DNA from: an uncultured Clostridium sp.
GTDB lineage: Bacteria; Bacillota; Clostridia; TANB77; CAG-508
Assembly (NCBI GenBank): GCA_947575605.1
Contig: CANPNZ010000001.1
Location: 69,419-133,418, forward strand
Length of the DNA: 64,000 nt
Direction: 5' to 3'
Part shown: positions 8,933 to 18,727 of the stretch, in pieces
Layout of the letters: each line of letters starts with the position of its first letter
How positions within the stretch are numbered: position 1 is the stretch's first letter
Notes under the pieces: generated by a model
What the model saw: the letters and a program-made list of their open reading frames with translations, nothing else
Told to the model about the DNA's origin: nothing
Databases searched by the model: none
Program-made: the position numbers and the translations under genes

Positions 8933-11266
8933 TTAGTTATTATTAGGATGTCCTTTTTTAAAATTAACAATAATAGCATCTTCATTATCAAATAAATATT
9001 TGGAATCTGTTACATCTGTTTGAACAGGATTAAATTCATTTTTTTCATCCATAAAATTCAAATTTTTTAAGTCGAATTTTTTTCTAGTATTGCCATCTTC
9101 TTCTCCTGAAGTTTCAATAGCTCCTTTTAAATATTTGCTAAAATCATAATTTTTTATTTTTTGTGGTTCTTTATATTTTGAAGATAAAAATTCTAAAAGA
9201 CCACATCCACATTGTTGGAAACCTTTGTCTCCTTTAATTTTAAAACCACATTTTCCTAAAGTTAAAGATTGTAGCTTTCCTTCTTTTAAAATAGTTGTAT
9301 ATTTCCATGCTACACCACTATATTTAGGATCATATTCTACTTTTTCAGTATCTATACTATTCGTATAATTCCATTCCCTACGAGTACTAAATTCTTTTGA
9401 CCACCATTCTAGTTCATCCCATTCAGCATTTCCTGTGAATATCTTATTAGCACAATTAGATAAGATAAGTGATCGATAATTTTCTTTTTGTCCATGAATT
9501 TCTAATTGTGATAAACTTTGTACAGAGATAGTAGGTGCTACTTTGAATTTTCGGTATAAAGTAAACATTGGCTCAGTAGCTTTACAAATAAAGTCAGCAA
9601 ATTCATCAATATATAAGAAGTGCGGAATACGTGTTGCCTCTACTCCTGGTCTTCTTAGAACAGCGTCTTGCATAGAGATTAAATAAAATAATCCAAAAGC
9701 TTTATGACCAGCAGCGCCTAAATCACCACGTCTGGTACAAATAAAAGTCACTTTTCCTTCTTCTAAGAATTGATCAAAGTTTACATTGTTATGTCTGTTA
9801 CATAGAATTGGCTTAATACCAGGAATTCTTAATAAGTTGTCTAATTGACTAACTGCCGTATAAATATATTTTTCGATTTCTTGTTTTCCTGGTGCATTTT
9901 TGTAGAAATATTTTTTAAAGTACGTAAGTTGGATGGCGTATTTTTCTTTTAATTCTTCATCATGTGCCATGATTTCACACATTTTTTCAATTAATTCAAA
10001 GTTAGTAAATAATTTTAATAAGTCTTCCATATTAGGAAGCGCCCCACCATTCATTTTTGGGTATATTTCTTTTAATAATATGGTAACATTTTCAATGGCT
10101 TGTATTGACACATCTCCTCGATAAGCTTCTTCTGGATCGTCATGTGTTACTAAGAACATAGCTTTTAGTACAGAAGATATGGTTACTGCAATTTTGGATG
10201 GATCATCATAAGTAAAAGGATTTAAACCAATAGAAGTCTTATCAGATGGGTCAATTACATTGTAATCAATGCCAAAATTTTTACATACAGCTGTCATGTG
10301 ATCAATCACTTCATAGTCTGGTGCCATTAACGTAAGTCCTAAGTCACGATAAACGGTTTCTCCACCAATTGTACCTAAAGTCATCTTTTTTAAGTAAGCA
10401 TTAAATAAATTTTCTTTTCCAGATACAGGTGTTATCATATTTAAGTTGAAATTTTTATTTAAATAGTCATTGTCAAATGGTTTATTTAAGGTTGCAATTC
10501 CTGTTTTTAAAGCGGTGAAACCTAATTCTTTGGAAGCTTCTTTGTAGAAATGTTTTCTTTCAAAATCTCTAGCAATTAAAGGTTCATAAATCAAAGAAGT
10601 TTTTCCTGTTCCAGAACCACCACATACAAATAAAGATTGATAACGAGAAGTTTCTGGCATAATAATGGTTTTGTTATAGTCATCATCTGTACATACATAA
10701 ACATCACAAGTATATGGTCCATGTCCTTCTTTTTTATCTGTTAAGTCGATACCACGAAAATCCCAAAGAGAACGTATTTTTAATGGATCGTCTTTTACTT
10801 TAAAATAAACAAATTTGAAGAAAGGATATACGGTAACCAGAGGTAAATATAGGGAAAGACTGATAAGAGCTGGTGTAACTAAATCAGAAAATTCCGTAAT
10901 TAATTCGGTATAATTTGGTACTGATAATAATAATAGCCAAGCTCCCATGTTTAGCCATTGGGTTAACATAGAAATAGTAACAACATAAAAGGCAGTCATA
11001 AATACATAAAATAAAGTTACTTTATAACCTTTGCTTTTGGCAAATTTTGACTTAGGCATAAAAGCAAAGGCAAAGCATGGACAAGCTAATGCTAGGGTGT
11101 ATTGAATAGGTCCCCAATAAGAGTAAGAAACGCCTGTAAATGCCATAAGTAACATTTCTACCACTCTATCTACTACAATATAAATGGTGGCTAATGTTAA
11201 TAGATAGGTAGCAAAAGTGTTTCGATTCGTGTTTAATTTTTTTAAAAATTTATCTATATATTTCAT
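8933..11266 (-). CDS. TraG/TraD/VirD4-like type IV coupling-protein family ATPase (orphan)
   Basis: 777 aa with about 4 N-terminal TM helices. Walker A FVCGGSGTGKTS and Walker B-like HFLYIDEFADF. The TRRGDLG...LRRPG region is typical of T4SS coupling proteins. No other conjugation genes are nearby. Confidence 0.6.
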   Translation of the reverse strand: MKYIDKFLKKLNTNRNTFATYLLTLATIYIVVDRVVEMLLMAFTGVSYSYWGPIQYTLALACPCFAFAFMPKSKFAKSKGYKVTLFYVFMTAFYVVTISMLTQWLNMGAWLLLLSVPNYTELITEFSDLVTPALISLSLYLPLVTVYPFFKFVYFKVKDDPLKIRSLWDFRGIDLTDKKEGHGPYTCDVYVCTDDDYNKTIIMPETSRYQSLFVCGGSGTGKTSLIYEPLIARDFERKHFYKEASKELGFTALKTGIATLNKPFDNDYLNKNFNLNMITPVSGKENLFNAYLKKMTLGTIGGETVYRDLGLTLMAPDYEVIDHMTAVCKNFGIDYNVIDPSDKTSIGLNPFTYDDPSKIAVTISSVLKAMFLVTHDDPEEAYRGDVSIQAIENVTILLKEIYPKMNGGALPNMEDLLKLFTNFELIEKMCEIMAHDEELKEKYAIQLTYFKKYFYKNAPGKQEIEKYIYTAVSQLDNLLRIPGIKPILCNRHNNVNFDQFLEEGKVTFICTRRGDLGAAGHKAFGLFYLISMQDAVLRRPGVEATRIPHFLYIDEFADFICKATEPMFTLYRKFKVAPTISVQSLSQLEIHGQKENYRSLILSNCANKIFTGNAEWDELEWWSKEFSTRREWNYTNSIDTEKVEYDPKYSGVAWKYTTILKEGKLQSLTLGKCGFKIKGDKGFQQCGCGLLEFLSSKYKEPQKIKNYDFSKYLKGAIETSGEEDGNTRKKFDLKNLNFMDEKNEFNPVQTDVTDSKYLFDNEDAIIVNFKKGHPNNN

Positions 11267-11518
11267 CTAAGAAAGTCCCTTCTAAAATTTAATCATACAT
11301 ATATATTATCCTACAAAATGGCGAAAAAAACAAGACTTTTGGGGAAATTAGTTAAAATTTTTTATGAGGTAGTTACAATTCACAACTAGATTTACTTTTA
11401 TATACAAAATTTAAGTTGGAATGCTAATTAAAAAGCAGTAAAAAATTTCCAAGTTAATGAATAAAAAATGAGGATAGGAATATACTAATGGAAAAAGATA
11501 ATTAAAAGGGGATATTTT

Positions 11519-11803
11519 ATGCAAAATGATAATTATATGAGAGAACAAGAAATAATAGAGAAAACCGAAATGGAAAAAGAAACAGAATTAATTAAAGCCA
11601 TTATAAAAACAAGAGAGGAATTAAAAGCTGCTAATCGTAATTTTGAATATGCACAAGATGATTTAGTAGATTATTATACGTATCAAATAAAAGCCAATCA
11701 AGCAAAATTAAATTATTTAATAAAAATAGCAAAAGCAAAAGGCATTGAGGTAGATATGATTAGTGATATAAAGTTTTCGTTGTGGGAAGAAGAAGCCGGT
11801 TAA
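11519..11803 (+). CDS. yaaL: YaaL-like protein (DUF2508)
   Basis: 94-aa helical protein directly upstream of bofA, as in the B. subtilis yaaL-bofA arrangement. RBS AAAGGGGA. Confidence 0.55.
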   Translation: MQNDNYMREQEIIEKTEMEKETELIKAIIKTREELKAANRNFEYAQDDLVDYYTYQIKANQAKLNYLIKIAKAKGIEVDMISDIKFSLWEEEAG

Positions 11804-11886
11804 TGTAATATTTGTCCAACATTTAACATACAAATGGTAATAGAATAATGATTACTATTTGTATTTTTTTGTTGGAGTGATAAGAA

Positions 11887-12148
11887 ATGGATATAAACTT
11901 ACTTACCTATTTGGCATGTATTTGTTTTATTTTTATATTTGGAAGAATTTTTATTTTGCCACTAAAGAAAATATTGAAACTACTATTTAATTCTGTTTTA
12001 GGTGGTCTTTCTATTTTTATGATTAATTTAATAGGAAGTACCTTCGGATTTCATATTGGCTTGAATTTTTTTACCAGCATACTAATTCGGTTTATTGGGA
12101 TTGCCAGGTGCTGTTTGCTTAATTGTAGTAAAGTTACTACTTGGATAA
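11887..12148 (+). CDS. bofA: pro-sigma-K processing inhibitor BofA, with a +1 frame change at in-frame CGG 12088-12090
   Basis: Skipping C12088 converts the odd tail ...SILIRFIGIARCC... into ...SILI-G-LLGLPGAVCLIVVKLLLG*. That gives 86 aa and matches the BofA C-terminal GxLGxPG motif and size. Confidence 0.7.
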
Positions 12149-12241
12149 ATTTCTATTTTTATAATTGCAATTTATGTGAATTTATAGTATAATCAAGCAA
12201 ACAATGAAGTTTAGCAGAAAAAAAAGAAAGGGGATAGGCAT

Positions 12242-12613
12242 ATGACAATAATGATCATTGATGACAGCATTGGAAAGTGCCGGAAAATAGAAGCTGAATG
12301 TGGAAAATGTGGAATAGAAACGAAGGTATTTCATGATTTGGAGTCAGCACAGAACTGCTTAAAAAATGACCATAGCCATATAGATGGTATTATAACTGAT
12401 ATGCGGTATCCCTTGCAAAAAGGGGGAGAGGTGAAACGAGCAGGAAATCAGTTATTAGATTGGTTATTGGAACAAAAAATCAAAATACCGGTACTGGGTA
12501 ATTCACATTTGGAGTTTGATTCAGAATATCCATATTATACAGAAAAAATGAACGGATATTTTGAAGAACATATTTTTCAAGAGTTTATATCCTTGATAGG
12601 GGGCCACGAGTAA
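12242..12613 (+). CDS. stand-alone receiver (REC)-like domain protein, atypical
   Basis: IMIIDDS...GIITDMRYP layout resembles a CheY-like fold. Visibly GC-richer than its neighbours. Contains two in-frame CGG codons (12281, 12404) read without a frame change. Confidence 0.4.
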   Translation: MTIMIIDDSIGKCRKIEAECGKCGIETKVFHDLESAQNCLKNDHSHIDGIITDMRYPLQKGGEVKRAGNQLLDWLLEQKIKIPVLGNSHLEFDSEYPYYTEKMNGYFEEHIFQEFISLIGGHE

Positions 12614-12803
12614 GTGTAGTGGCCTCTTTTGCATGGGAAGTTAATAAAAGATAAATAATGATAAATGGGATAAATTGGAAGCAAGAACACTTCGCATAAA
12701 ATTGACTTTTTTATGTAAATGTGATATAATAAATGTAATATAGATGTAAATACAAAAAAGTAAATAAGAAAGGTAGCCTCAGTTATTGGGGCGTGGTGAC
12801 GGT

Positions 12804-13112
12804 ATGAAAATCAACGAGGAAATTAACATGGAAGGGAAAATAGCAATAGGACTTAATGAAAATAGGTATGTTATACGGGGAAAAGTATTAATAGCAGTAA
12901 TGAATAGCACTCTTGTCATATACGAACTGCAAGAACAATTAACGAAAGAGGAAATTAAGATCTTAAATAAGGATTTAAGTTATGGTCTTAAAAGAATTGA
13001 AGTTAAGTTGCGTGAAAGTGCACCTTTGACAGTTACAAATGGCAATATATATTATGCGGATATGGCCGTTGTAAGGGGTGGAGAACGAATGGCGTACATT
13101 GTTATTTTCTAG
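12804..13112 (+). CDS. hypothetical protein
   Basis: Track ORF 12786..13112; ATG 12804 follows a GGTGA RBS-like motif. Contains an in-frame CGG at 12876. No recognisable motif. Confidence 0.4.
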   Translation: MKINEEINMEGKIAIGLNENRYVIRGKVLIAVMNSTLVIYELQEQLTKEEIKILNKDLSYGLKRIEVKLRESAPLTVTNGNIYYADMAVVRGGERMAYIVIF

Positions 13113-13130
13113 GGACAATTGTTATTTTAT

Positions 13131-13175
13131 GGGAAAAGGCTAGCATCCAGTGGGTGCCAGCCTTTTCCCGTTTTA
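13131..13175 (+). terminator. GC-rich terminator hairpin
   Basis: GGGAAAAGGCTAGCA...TGCCAGCCTTTTCCC followed by GTTTT. Confidence 0.6.
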
Positions 13176-13178
13176 TGA

Positions 13179-15017
13179 CTATTCAACTGTCACAGACTTA
13201 GCAAGATTTCTAGGTTTATCAACATCTAAGCCTTTTTCCTTAGCAATATAGTAAGAAAATAATTGAAGAGGAACAATAGACAAGATAGGAGAAAGGAAAC
13301 AATTTGTTTGAGGAATTTTAATCGTCACATCAAACATATTCTCATCCACATCTTGGTTGGTAATGACTAATGTCTTAGCCCCACGTGTAATAACTTCTTG
13401 AATATTGCTAACGGTTTTTTCAACTAAATTATTATCCGTTATAATACTGATTACTGTAATATCATTTTCAATCAAAGCAATTGGTCCATGTTTTAATTCA
13501 CCAGCAGCATAGCTTTCTGAATGAATATAAGAAATTTCTTTTAATTTCAAGGAACCTTCTCTAGCAACGGTTTCGTCAATACCTCTACCCAAAAAGAAAA
13601 TATCTTTTTCTTGATATGTTTTCTTAGAAAAATCTTGAATGACTTGTGATAATTTTAAAGTTTCTTCTAATTTTTTAGGTAATTCCATAATATCTTTTTT
13701 CAATTGATTAATGGTATTACAATCCATTTCTAATATTTCAGCAAAATAGATAGCTAAAATAGTAATTAGCATAACTTGAGAAGTATAAGCTTTTGTAGAA
13801 GCAACTGCTATTTCTGGTCCAGCATGGGTATAAATAGAGTAGTCGGCTTCTCTTGTAATAGAACTTCCAATTACATTACTAATAGCAAGTGTTTTAGCAC
13901 CTTTTTCTTTACAAAGTTTTAAGGCAGCTATGGTATCTGCTGTTTCTCCAGATTGAGAGATAAAAATACATAATGTTTTTTCATCTACTAAAGGATCTCT
14001 ATATCTAAATTCAGAAGCAATGTCAACTTCTGTTGTTATTTTACAAAGTTTTTCGAATACATTTTTTCCAGCTAAGCCAGCATGCATAGCTGTACCACAA
14101 GCAACAATATAGATTTTATTGATACTAGATAAATATGGTTTGGTGAAATTTAATTCATCAAATTCACATTTTGTTGTTTCATTGAATTTTGCTCCAATGG
14201 TTTCTCGAATAGCAGTTGGTTGCTCATGAATTTCTTTTAACATGAAATCTTCGTAGCCATCTTTTTCAGCACTTGCAGCATTCCATTCAATGGTTGTAGT
14301 ATCTTTTGGGATAACATTTAAATGATTATCATAAAAAGATACAGTATCTCTTGTTAAAACAGCTAATTCTAAATCATTTAATAGATAGAAATTTCTAGTA
14401 AAAGAAAGAATAGCCGGAATATCAGAAGAAATATAGTTTTCGTTTTCTCCTTTTCCAATAACAAGTGGACTATCTTTTCTGGTAACGATCATGATATCTG
14501 GGTTGTGTTTACAAATAATTTCAATGGCATAACTTCCTTTTAAATCATGGCAAGCATTTTTTACGGCACGTAAAAATTTTAATTCATCTGAGTTTTGATC
14601 TTTTGTATAATAGTAATGAACTAAGTTAGGGATAACTTCTGTATCCGTTTGAGAGAAGAAAGTATATCCATTATCTGTTAAGAAACTTCTTAATTCATTA
14701 TAATTTTCTATGATTCCATTATGAACCACACTAAAAGTTTTGCTGTTATCCATATGAGGATGAGAGTTTTCTTGGGATGGTTTTCCATGTGTTGCCCATC
14801 TAGTATGAGCAATACCAATGGTACCAGTTAAATCGTTAATTCCTTTTAAGTCGTATAAATTTTTTACTCTTCCTTTATCTTTCATGATGGAAAGTCCATC
14901 TTTTTCAATGGTTGAAATACCAGCTGAGTCATATCCTCTGTATTCCAATCGAATTAGCCCATTAATTAAAATAGGGCTTGCTTTTTGGTTTCCTATGTAA
15001 CCTACAATTCCACACAT
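13179..15017 (-). CDS. glmS: glutamine--fructose-6-phosphate aminotransferase
   Basis: 612 aa. N-terminal MCGIVGY (Ntn Cys), two SIS domains, C-terminal ...LAKSVTVE. Confidence 0.95.
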   Translation of the reverse strand: MCGIVGYIGNQKASPILINGLIRLEYRGYDSAGISTIEKDGLSIMKDKGRVKNLYDLKGINDLTGTIGIAHTRWATHGKPSQENSHPHMDNSKTFSVVHNGIIENYNELRSFLTDNGYTFFSQTDTEVIPNLVHYYYTKDQNSDELKFLRAVKNACHDLKGSYAIEIICKHNPDIMIVTRKDSPLVIGKGENENYISSDIPAILSFTRNFYLLNDLELAVLTRDTVSFYDNHLNVIPKDTTTIEWNAASAEKDGYEDFMLKEIHEQPTAIRETIGAKFNETTKCEFDELNFTKPYLSSINKIYIVACGTAMHAGLAGKNVFEKLCKITTEVDIASEFRYRDPLVDEKTLCIFISQSGETADTIAALKLCKEKGAKTLAISNVIGSSITREADYSIYTHAGPEIAVASTKAYTSQVMLITILAIYFAEILEMDCNTINQLKKDIMELPKKLEETLKLSQVIQDFSKKTYQEKDIFFLGRGIDETVAREGSLKLKEISYIHSESYAAGELKHGPIALIENDITVISIITDNNLVEKTVSNIQEVITRGAKTLVITNQDVDENMFDVTIKIPQTNCFLSPILSIVPLQLFSYYIAKEKGLDVDKPRNLAKSVTVE

Positions 15018-15054
15018 ATTTTATATCCTCCTAAAATTAATATTGGAATTGAAA

Positions 15055-15208
15055 GTATGCAAGCTTAAATATATTAATCTTTGTTACAATATCACTATTG
15101 CTTTTTGCATTAATATTATGACCTTAAGCTAAAGCCACTAGAGCATCCGCCGAACATTTCGATAACCCTAGACCTCGTCAACACTTAAAATAAGTGTTCT
15201 GGCGCTAT
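15055..15208 (-). ncRNA. glmS ribozyme: glmS ribozyme (GlcN6P-dependent self-cleaving riboswitch)
   Basis: Minus-strand read is AGCGCCAGAAC-(hairpin)-GACGAGGTCTAGGGTTATCGAAATGTTCGGCGGATGCTCTAGTGGC... This matches the conserved glmS ribozyme core directly upstream of the glmS RBS. Confidence 0.85.
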
Positions 15209-15330
15209 GTTGAATAAAATAAATTGCCTCCTTTCTTTATTTTTTGCATTTCTTTCAATTTACTTTATTATATTACACTAAATTTCAAAAAGTGGCAAGT
15301 CCTACTAAAAATAATAGTTAAATTCTTGTT

Positions 15331-15593
15331 TTAAGTTTCGGTTTTTTTCGTAAGATTAGCTCCCACCTCCAGGCGTAAAATATGGTTATTTTTCATAAAT
15401 TCTTCGGCTTCCTTCATAATTCAAGGAATTCTAATATCATTTTACGGGTCCTTTCCAAGACAAGCTTGAACTCTTACCGTAAAATGATTAAGAATTCCTA
15501 ATCTTATTCCGGTCACATTCATCATTTATTCAAAATAACCATATTTTATGCCTGGAGGTGGGAGCTAATCTTACGAAAAAAACCGAAACTTAA
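15331..15593. repeat. 263-bp MITE-like palindromic element
   Basis: 62-nt terminal inverted repeats with 1 mismatch (TTAAGTTTCGGTTTTTTTCGTAAGATTAGCTCCCACCTCCAGGCRTAAAATATGGTTATTTT). Inner arms are also inverted. No ORF of its own. Confidence 0.85.
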
Positions 15594-15661
15594 TAATGTT
15601 GGAGGATTGAAATAATTTATTATTTAGTATATAATAGAGGCAGAAAAAAGGGGGGATAATT

Positions 15662-16354
15662 ATGCAGGAAATCGGAATTATTGTTGCTATGGACGAAGAA
15701 AGAGAAGCTATTCTTAAAATTATGACAGATACAAAAGTAGAACAAATATACAATCTAAGATTTTTAAGAGGAAAGATACAAGGGAAAAATTGTATTTTAG
15801 TAAAAAGTGGAATTGGAAAAGTAAATGCAGCAAGGACTACCCAAGTAATGCTTCAAAATTTTAATATACAATATGTTATTAATTTAGGAGCAGGCGGTTC
15901 TATCAATGGTATGTTAAATATAGGCGACATATTAATTGGTAGACAAGTGGTTCAACATGATTTTGATATTACTGCATTTGGTCATAGTAAAGGATATATT
16001 ACGGGAATTGGAAATAGCATTATGTGTGACAGAAATTTAGTAGATGAATTGGAACAGATTATAAAATCTATACCAGAAAGAAATTATCAAATTAAAATAG
16101 GAGTGATTGCAACAGGGGATATTTTTTGTAGTGAAGCTTGGATGAAAGATAAAATTCGTGCTAAATTTGATGCTGATGTAGTAGATATGGAATGTGCTGC
16201 TATTGGACAAGTTTGTTATTTGGATAATGTGCCTTTTATGGTCATTCGAGCTATTTCAGATACACCAAATGGAAAAAATGCTTCTACCTTTGATGAGAAT
16301 TTGAAGCTAGCTTCTAAAAGATGTGCTAATATTTTAAAGGAATTTTTTGTATAA
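15662..16354 (+). CDS. mtnN: 5'-methylthioadenosine/S-adenosylhomocysteine nucleosidase
   Basis: 230 aa with IGIIVAMDEE, GIGKVNAA, VVDMECAAIGQVC and RAISD blocks. Confidence 0.85.
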   Translation: MQEIGIIVAMDEEREAILKIMTDTKVEQIYNLRFLRGKIQGKNCILVKSGIGKVNAARTTQVMLQNFNIQYVINLGAGGSINGMLNIGDILIGRQVVQHDFDITAFGHSKGYITGIGNSIMCDRNLVDELEQIIKSIPERNYQIKIGVIATGDIFCSEAWMKDKIRAKFDADVVDMECAAIGQVCYLDNVPFMVIRAISDTPNGKNASTFDENLKLASKRCANILKEFFV

Positions 16355-16497
16355 TGTAATAATAAAAAACACAAATGTATTTCACATTGACAAGATATTA
16401 TTTTGACACATCATACTTTGGTAGAGTATAGATGTATCTTTATATTGGTTATTTTCATTTTCGATAAAAGTGATTTAACCGAAAGTTCCAAGCTTTT

Positions 16498-17565
16498 TTA
16501 TAGATTAAATTCTAATTTATAATATATATCAATATCTTTAATTAATTCATCAATACTCTCGTTCCCCAAATCATTTAGCCATTTTTTTAATTCATTAATT
16601 GTAATTATTTCTTCAATAGAATTAAAATATTTCTTTTTTAATATTTCCATATCACCTGATTTAGCAATAATATAATCCTTCATATCTGCTAAAATACTTT
16701 GCTTGTTTCGGGCCGTCTTTATAACAAAAGTAATAGGAAAATGCATGATTTTGTCCATATCTAACAAATATTTATCATATCTATCAACTTCTGTAACTTG
16801 AAAAAATCTTCCTATTGGTCTCATTACAAAATCAATACCACCATCATTAGCGTTTGTTCTTCCTGTTTTATATAATTTTAAGCATTCTTTTTGAATATTT
16901 TCCATTGTTTTACCAATGTATATAGATTCATTTTTATAATGGTTTTTAAGTATTGCATAGGAGATTATTTCAAAAATTCTAGCTTCAGATTTTTCTTCTA
17001 TTAAGCTTTCAATCACTTTTTTCTTAGCATTTGAATCTTGCAATTCAAGCAAATTCTTTAAATGATTTGAAAGTTCTAAATCTTTTTCTTTTAGCAAATT
17101 TACATATTTTTCAATAATTTTTATAAGAGTTTTTGATATATCTATGTTTTCTACATAAAGATAATCTATATGTAATAAATATTTACTTCCATTGATTACC
17201 AGTAATTCTTTGCTATGATCTTTTGCAACTTTATTGGCAAATTCTCCATTTAGTCTATTATTAAATGCGTGATTTTGTAATTTATTTCCACCATACTGTT
17301 GTTTACAAAAATTCCATAATTCTGTGTATTCAAATCCTTCGAATTTTTTATAGCCATTTTTATTATTATAAAAATTATTCTTTGTATAGAAGATTAAAAG
17401 TGAATAGATTGCATATATATTCCCTAAACTTCTTCTTGTTTTTGAATCGCCATCTATTGCACCTGTTTTTTTATCTAAATATTGAATTAAGTCAGAAAAA
17501 TTATATATTTTTTCATAACTATTGCCAAAATCATCATATAATATTTTCTTAATAAATTCTCTCAT
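16498..17565 (-). CDS. putative type II restriction endonuclease (partner of the adjacent methyltransferase)
   Basis: 355 aa, begins 3 nt downstream of the methylase stop on the same strand. Extremely AT-rich. No motif I can name; the call rests on context. Confidence 0.5.
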   Translation of the reverse strand: MREFIKKILYDDFGNSYEKIYNFSDLIQYLDKKTGAIDGDSKTRRSLGNIYAIYSLLIFYTKNNFYNNKNGYKKFEGFEYTELWNFCKQQYGGNKLQNHAFNNRLNGEFANKVAKDHSKELLVINGSKYLLHIDYLYVENIDISKTLIKIIEKYVNLLKEKDLELSNHLKNLLELQDSNAKKKVIESLIEEKSEARIFEIISYAILKNHYKNESIYIGKTMENIQKECLKLYKTGRTNANDGGIDFVMRPIGRFFQVTEVDRYDKYLLDMDKIMHFPITFVIKTARNKQSILADMKDYIIAKSGDMEILKKKYFNSIEEIITINELKKWLNDLGNESIDELIKDIDIYYKLEFNL

Positions 17566-17567
17566 AA

Positions 17568-18488
17568 TTACACCTCGCCTACACCAATACTTAATTGATT
17601 TTCATTAATAAAATTGCTTTTATTTCTAGCTGTTGTTTTCTTAACTCTTTCTTTTTCAAGCAATTCACCCTTATAAATATTTGAAATATTGGTTCTTCTA
17701 ATTCCAATTTTATAATACTTATCATTAAGTTCTATTCCTATGGCTTTTCTATTATTTTTTATAGCAACAGATGAAGTAGTAAAAGTTCCACTAAAAGGGT
17801 CTAAAACAATGTCATTTTCATTACTAGAAGATAAAATAATTCTTTCTAATAATTTTTCTGGTTTTTGTGTTGGATGATTTTCATATTCTTCCATTTTAAA
17901 TCTAACTCTATTAAAATTCCAAACATTTCCTGGTACCTTTTTTGTATTATAAGGTGTTGGAATCTTTTTTCTATAATCTATAAGCTTTCTTTTTGCACCA
18001 GTTTTGGCTTCTACAAGAATATCTTTATAATTAAATGTATATTTATATTTTTTATTCTTATTGCACATTAAAATAGGTTCATATAAGGAACCAAAATTTT
18101 TTTTTGATTGCACTCCACTAGAATCATAAGTCCATATAATTCGTGATAATACATTATATTTTTCAGAACAATAAACATCTAAATATGGCATAAATTGTGT
18201 AGCAGTCATAAAATAAAAAGTTCCTTCATTTTTTAAGACTCTAAAACATTCATCTATCCAAAGTTTACACCATTTTATATAATCTTCTATATTTTCCCAT
18301 TTGTCTTTATTATTTCCAAAATCTTTTCCAATATTGTATGGTGGATCGGCAAATATTAAATCTATTGTATTATCGTTTATTTTTTTTAATTCTTCTATAC
18401 AATTTCCTAAAATTGCAATTGAATTGTCATTATATGCAAATTCATTAAAATCAATCTTTTTTAATTCTTCAAATTTCATTTTTATCAC
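17568..18488 (-). CDS. site-specific DNA methyltransferase (beta-class N6-adenine or N4-cytosine, N4/N6 MTase family)
   Basis: Motif IV FADPPYNIG precedes motif I LDPFSGTFTT. HPTQKPEKLLERII block is present. Confidence 0.85.
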   Translation of the reverse strand: MIKMKFEELKKIDFNEFAYNDNSIAILGNCIEELKKINDNTIDLIFADPPYNIGKDFGNNKDKWENIEDYIKWCKLWIDECFRVLKNEGTFYFMTATQFMPYLDVYCSEKYNVLSRIIWTYDSSGVQSKKNFGSLYEPILMCNKNKKYKYTFNYKDILVEAKTGAKRKLIDYRKKIPTPYNTKKVPGNVWNFNRVRFKMEEYENHPTQKPEKLLERIILSSSNENDIVLDPFSGTFTTSSVAIKNNRKAIGIELNDKYYKIGIRRTNISNIYKGELLEKERVKKTTARNKSNFINENQLSIGVGEV

Positions 18489-18630
18489 CTCGAATTATAT
18501 ATATTTATACCATATATTTTTTTACTTTACAACAAATACAAAATACATTTTATTCTAAACTATTATAATCACTAAAATAGCACATATTAATCAATCTAAT
18601 ATGTGCTACTATACGTATTTTTTAATCCTT

Positions 18631-18707
18631 TGGTAGCGAAGATGTGATTCGAACACATGACCCTTCGGGTATGAACCGAATGCTCTAGCCAACTGAGCTA
18701 CTTCGCC
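18631..18707 (-). tRNA. trnM: tRNA-Met (anticodon CAU), elongator-like
   Basis: Minus-strand read GGCGAAGTAGCTCAGTTGGCTAGAGCATTCGGTTCATACCCGAAGGGTCATGTGTTCGAATCACATCTTCGCTACCA folds as a cloverleaf. The anticodon loop is TTCATAC and CCA is encoded. A lysidine tRNA-Ile2 cannot be excluded from sequence alone. Confidence 0.9.
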
Positions 18708-18727
18708 ATATTGATATAACGTTATTT

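Noticed and set aside
12091-12192. Zero-frame C-terminal tail of track ORF 11887..12192.
   Set aside because: The tail is not BofA-like, whereas the +1 frame gives the conserved BofA C-terminus and the correct length.
18631-18707. Whether the CAU tRNA is an initiator or a tRNA-Ile2.
   Set aside because: It lacks the three consecutive G-C pairs in the anticodon stem typical of initiators. The GGTTCATACCC anticodon arm looks like an elongator Met. Ile2 cannot be formally excluded.
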